In this document: in pieces, positions 60,701 through 64,000 of the stretch
How the letters are laid out: each line of letters begins with the position of its first letter
Numbering within the stretch: position 1 is the first letter of the stretch
NCBI GenBank assembly: GCA_029717555.1
Contig: JAMDHS010000033.1
Location: forward strand, 62,001 to 126,000
Origin: Peribolospora baueri
Lineage: Eukaryota
Length of the DNA stretch: 64,000 bases
Reading direction: 5' to 3'
Made by a program: the position numbers and the translations under genes
The notes under the pieces: generated by a model
Database searches by the model: none
What the model was told of the DNA's origin: nothing
What the model saw: only the letters and a program-made list of their open reading frames with translations

Positions 60701-62442
60701 GGAGCGTGTCGATAGGCTTTACGCCGAGCTCCTCAGCCGCAAGGAGTGGGTCGATGCGATCGGCCAGGCCGATGCATTGTTCATTGCCACGCACAGTCAG
60801 GGTGCCATCGTCTCGACGCATTTGCTCGCTAGACTGTGAGTGTGATGCTCTGTTTCAAAAAGCACTTGTTCGTACTTATTAATTGTTGCTCATCTTTTCA
60901 TTCTTCTTTATCGCCCGTTGTGCATCTCTAGTCTGGAGCAGAACCACATCCCATCCTCGACGCGCATCTGCCTTCTTGCGATGGCGGGCATCCACCACGG
61001 CCCCTTCGCCTCCCTGACCACCAACCTTCTTCCAAGCACCTACCTGCAATACTTTGAGAACTCAGCCGCACAGCAATTGTTCGATTTCCAGACGTCCGCG
61101 AGCAAGGAGTCAAAGAGGTACGAGGCTAGCATGCGCATCGTGCTCGATAGAGGAGTTAAAGTGGCGCTGGTGGCGAGCTTGGACGATCAGGTGGTGCCGG
61201 TGAGTAGTCTGTTGTTCTGCATTCAACTAGAAGATGATGCGGGGTGTCGGTTGCACGCGTCAGCCTTGTCTGAGCAAAACGTCCTATCCATCTCGTTCAT
61301 TTATCCGTTCCGTCAGGTGTATTCTGGAACGTTTACCGGGGCCAACCATCCTTCCATCCTTCGCGCGCTTTACATTGACGGCGAAGCGTTCGCTTCGACC
61401 GATTTCTTGACCAATCGTGAGCCCTCCCCTATTGCATGGCAAATGCTCTCAGTATCAGCAACCTGACCAAACTGCTCTTTATTCGCCACGGTTTATAGTC
61501 ATGGTCTTCTGTCTGCGCTTGCGCAAGTGAGTCCACGCCGCAGATGCTGTCGTTCGCTACGAGTGACTGACCATTTGTGTGTCTCCCATGAATGTTCTCC
61601 AGTGCTTCTCTGGACGACCACAACCTCCTCATGCTCCTCTCCGAAAGCGTAGCTGGTTCGCTCACCGGCATGGGGCACTCGAAAATTTACGATGAACAGG
61701 AGACGTACATGCTCGCTGTGCGCTATCTTTTCGAGACCACGCATCCGCTCTCGGCCCCCACGACACCGAACGGAGACGAAAGCAAGAAGCCTGTTTTTTG
61801 GTGCGAGCCATTTGAGGTACAGCCTTGGAATCCGTACAACCTGTGAGTGGTCCTACCTTTGGTCGATATCACTTCATATACGTTGTGGAGTGTCGCAAAT
61901 ATGGGATTTGTTCCCCGTCTTCTGTCTTAACATATCCTGTCTTAACATACCCGACATGACAATTGCTTGCTAACCCGCTTTGCTCTATTTTTCTCGCTTC
62001 CTAGGCCATGGGCCTTGCGAGGTGTGTTCGAACTCGACGACGCCGTGCAGGAGCTCTTTGCCAACGAGATAGAGAAGCTCAGGTTGGATTACGAACGGTG
62101 GGATCCCAAGACCAAGGCGGTGAGTTTAACCGTGAGCGGGAGGCGAGAGCAAACGCATCAGGTTGTCCTCTTATAGATTTCCTCCTGCTTCCTTTTCTTC
62201 GTCGTCGACTCGTCTTCTTCTTTGGTCGGACGGATCTCTTTTGAAACTGATGTCTCCCCACGTCTGTTGGCTCGTTGATGTACTCGATTTCGACCTCATA
62301 GCTCAAAGACGTCAAGTACCGCCTCGAACCGCTCCGCGGCGTTCATGGTCGATGGAAGAAGGCGCGGCGTTTCCCTGGCGCCGAAGACGACGCTGACGCT
62401 GAGGGAGGCGGACCTGGGTCTCCAGGACATGCGAAACTTTGA
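57720..62442 (+). CDS. YML020W-like alpha/beta-hydrolase-fold protein with a long Ser/Pro-rich N-terminus, ending in AKL
   Basis: VVVIGIHGWF...LGEPT|GTSVKF, IPLEGEGKIEERV, ATHSQG, MAGIHHGPF, DDQVVP, GHSKIY, NPYNL|PWALRG, LKDVKYRLEP. The start is uncertain (ATG at 57585 or 57720). Confidence 0.85.
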
Positions 62443-63853
62443 GATAGTAATTCTCTCCTCTTTTCATGCCTCTGATTGGTAGAGCTCCGGCTGGTCAGTT
62501 CCAATCGCACAACCCGCCACGCTCAGGGGAAGCCATTCCTTCGCTTCCTTCCGGGCTTTTCTTTTCTTTTCATTATTTCTGCCATACACGGTCATCAGAT
62601 TGCCTAGGGACTTGCCTTTGTTCCCTGCGACATTTACCTGCTTCATTTGCCACCTCTAGTGTTTCAATAGTCCGACAGTCATGACCTATACCTTTCTCGT
62701 AGCATGCCTTACCACGTCCCTTCTTGACCCAGTACTGTTGTTCTGTTTCCATCCCTTGTAGTCGAATTGGACAATGTTTAACAAATAACCCGAGCGACGC
62801 CTTTATTCCTGGTAGAGTCGAGTCAGGGACCTTGCTCGCGAAGGATACCGAAGACGAGTGTCCCATTTGTCTTCTCGTCGCCATGAAGGGCAGCCCTGGT
62901 ATGTGGGACGAGGAAATGGATATGAGGAAAGAAAGCGCAGAAGCGCGAGAAAGCAGAATTGTGTGAGGTCAAACGAAATAGAACTTGGAGGCATACCGAT
63001 ATGTGCCCACCAACATACCATCCTCACCTCCACTTGCTCTTTCGGGATCGCACAGACCGTGGTCGCCATCCTTTTCGCTACCTGGAATGATAGTTCAAAC
63101 CCTAGCCCCTTTTGGTTTGCGGCAAGCCCAGCTCGGGTTTACCCTTGTTCTTATCTGCGGACGCTTCGTTCGGCCCAGCCATAACGAACCTGTGCAAATG
63201 CCTGTTGCATTCTGCCGCACCAAGGAAAAACACGAGAGCACACCTCCAACTTGACCTTGCCTGCGCGGTCGACTGGCACTGGGTATAATTTTCTAGATTC
63301 TCCTCCATCCGAAGCAAGGAACAAACTCTTCCGTCCCTTTGCTCTGCCGTGTCGCATCTCCCCTTTCCGGTCTATCGTAGGCAAGGCTTCATGAGCAGTA
63401 CGGGATGGTTGACCTTTCCTGAGCCTAAATCTCCTCGAGGCAAAACTGTACGCCATTGCATTCTATCGGCACTCTCGCCTCCAACCCTTGTCTTCGCAGC
63501 CTGCCCTGGCCTCCTGATCCAGCGTCGTGTCCGTTCCAGCCTTGACGACGCCACGACATTGTCCAGTCACGTTTCCGTCCGGCCTCGCCGACGTCTCGAC
63601 TCGTTTGAGCCAGTCCCACGCCTGTTCCTTCCACTTCAACTTTTCACCATCTACGGACCTCCTCCGCTTTCCCAGCTCCTACCGTGGCCTTGCCTTCAAG
63701 CATTGAAAACTTTGCGTGGCACTTGGTATGGGTCGGCAAAGGTGTCGTTCCGCCGTCCTAGCAAAGGCCGACTGAAAATAGGCCTGACCCAATTAGGGAG
63801 CACAAGTGTTACATCGCTGCCGTACCCCGAGGCTGAGCCAGAGAACGATGAGG

Positions 63854-64000
63854 CTAAGCCCTTCCCAACTCTTGTAGAATCTCCACCTGCCTCTCTCCGC
63901 TCGCCTCACCAAAGCCGTGCAAGCTCATGGTGAACGTTCCCGCGCCGCCTGTGAGGGCACGGAGTCGGGAGGAGTAGTTCTGGAGGGACGAAAGCGGAAC
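63854..64000 (-). CDS. MEF2: 3' end of mitochondrial EF-G2 / ribosome-releasing factor 2 (partial, runs off the window)
   Basis: Hand translation VPLSSLQNYSSRLRALTGGAGTFTMSLHGFGEASGERQVEILQELGRA* matches the EF-G domain V C-terminus. It is absent from the ORF track. Confidence 0.75.
   Translation of the reverse strand, partial: VPLSSLQNYSSRLRALTGGAGTFTMSLHGFGEASGERQVEILQELGRA

Noticed and set aside
1..64000. Alternative genetic code, stop read-through (TGA CTA) or programmed frameshifts
   Set aside because: Conserved motifs translate correctly with the standard code, the frame breaks I examined are explained by introns, and the stops I checked lack a read-through context.

Overview
This is a GC-rich, intron-dense eukaryotic window, most consistent with a basidiomycete fungus (GTGAG donors, CTGAC/CTAAC branch sites, mostly 50-150 nt introns). 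It is densely packed with about 21 housekeeping genes, largely in head-to-head pairs: TPT-family transporter, NMNAT, LEA_2-like membrane protein, Sld7-like, YSH1/CPSF73, YRA1, MRD1, SSF1, a Gyp2/Mdr1 C-terminal-only gene, DBP9, WBP11, Hikeshi/OPI10, TRP14-like thioredoxin, TBC RabGAP, DHX57-like helicase, TOF1, UAP1, ExoIII/APE1-like nuclease, MDM1/SNX13-like, YML020W-like hydrolase and the 3' end of mitochondrial EF-G2. I see no rRNA, tRNA, CRISPR array or intact transposon, and I cannot support a wholly new multi-gene system. The best leads are at RNA and gene-structure level: (1) an intronic box C/D snoRNA (snR64-like) in MRD1 with a second rRNA-pairing element and a 14-bp outer stem; (2) an obligatory 2-nt microexon in the AP endonuclease; (3) a stand-alone gene encoding only the C-terminal tail of Gyp2/Mdr1; (4) an MRD1 start codon split by an intron, which reads ATG-TGA if unspliced; (5) an unusual long YRA1 intron; (6) a PTS1 on the YML020W-like protein; (7) a possible mitochondrial presequence on the AP endonuclease; (8) recurrent promoter motifs; (9) a foldback-like repeat relic. 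All exon structures were inferred by eye, and family calls come from recognised motifs, not from database searches.
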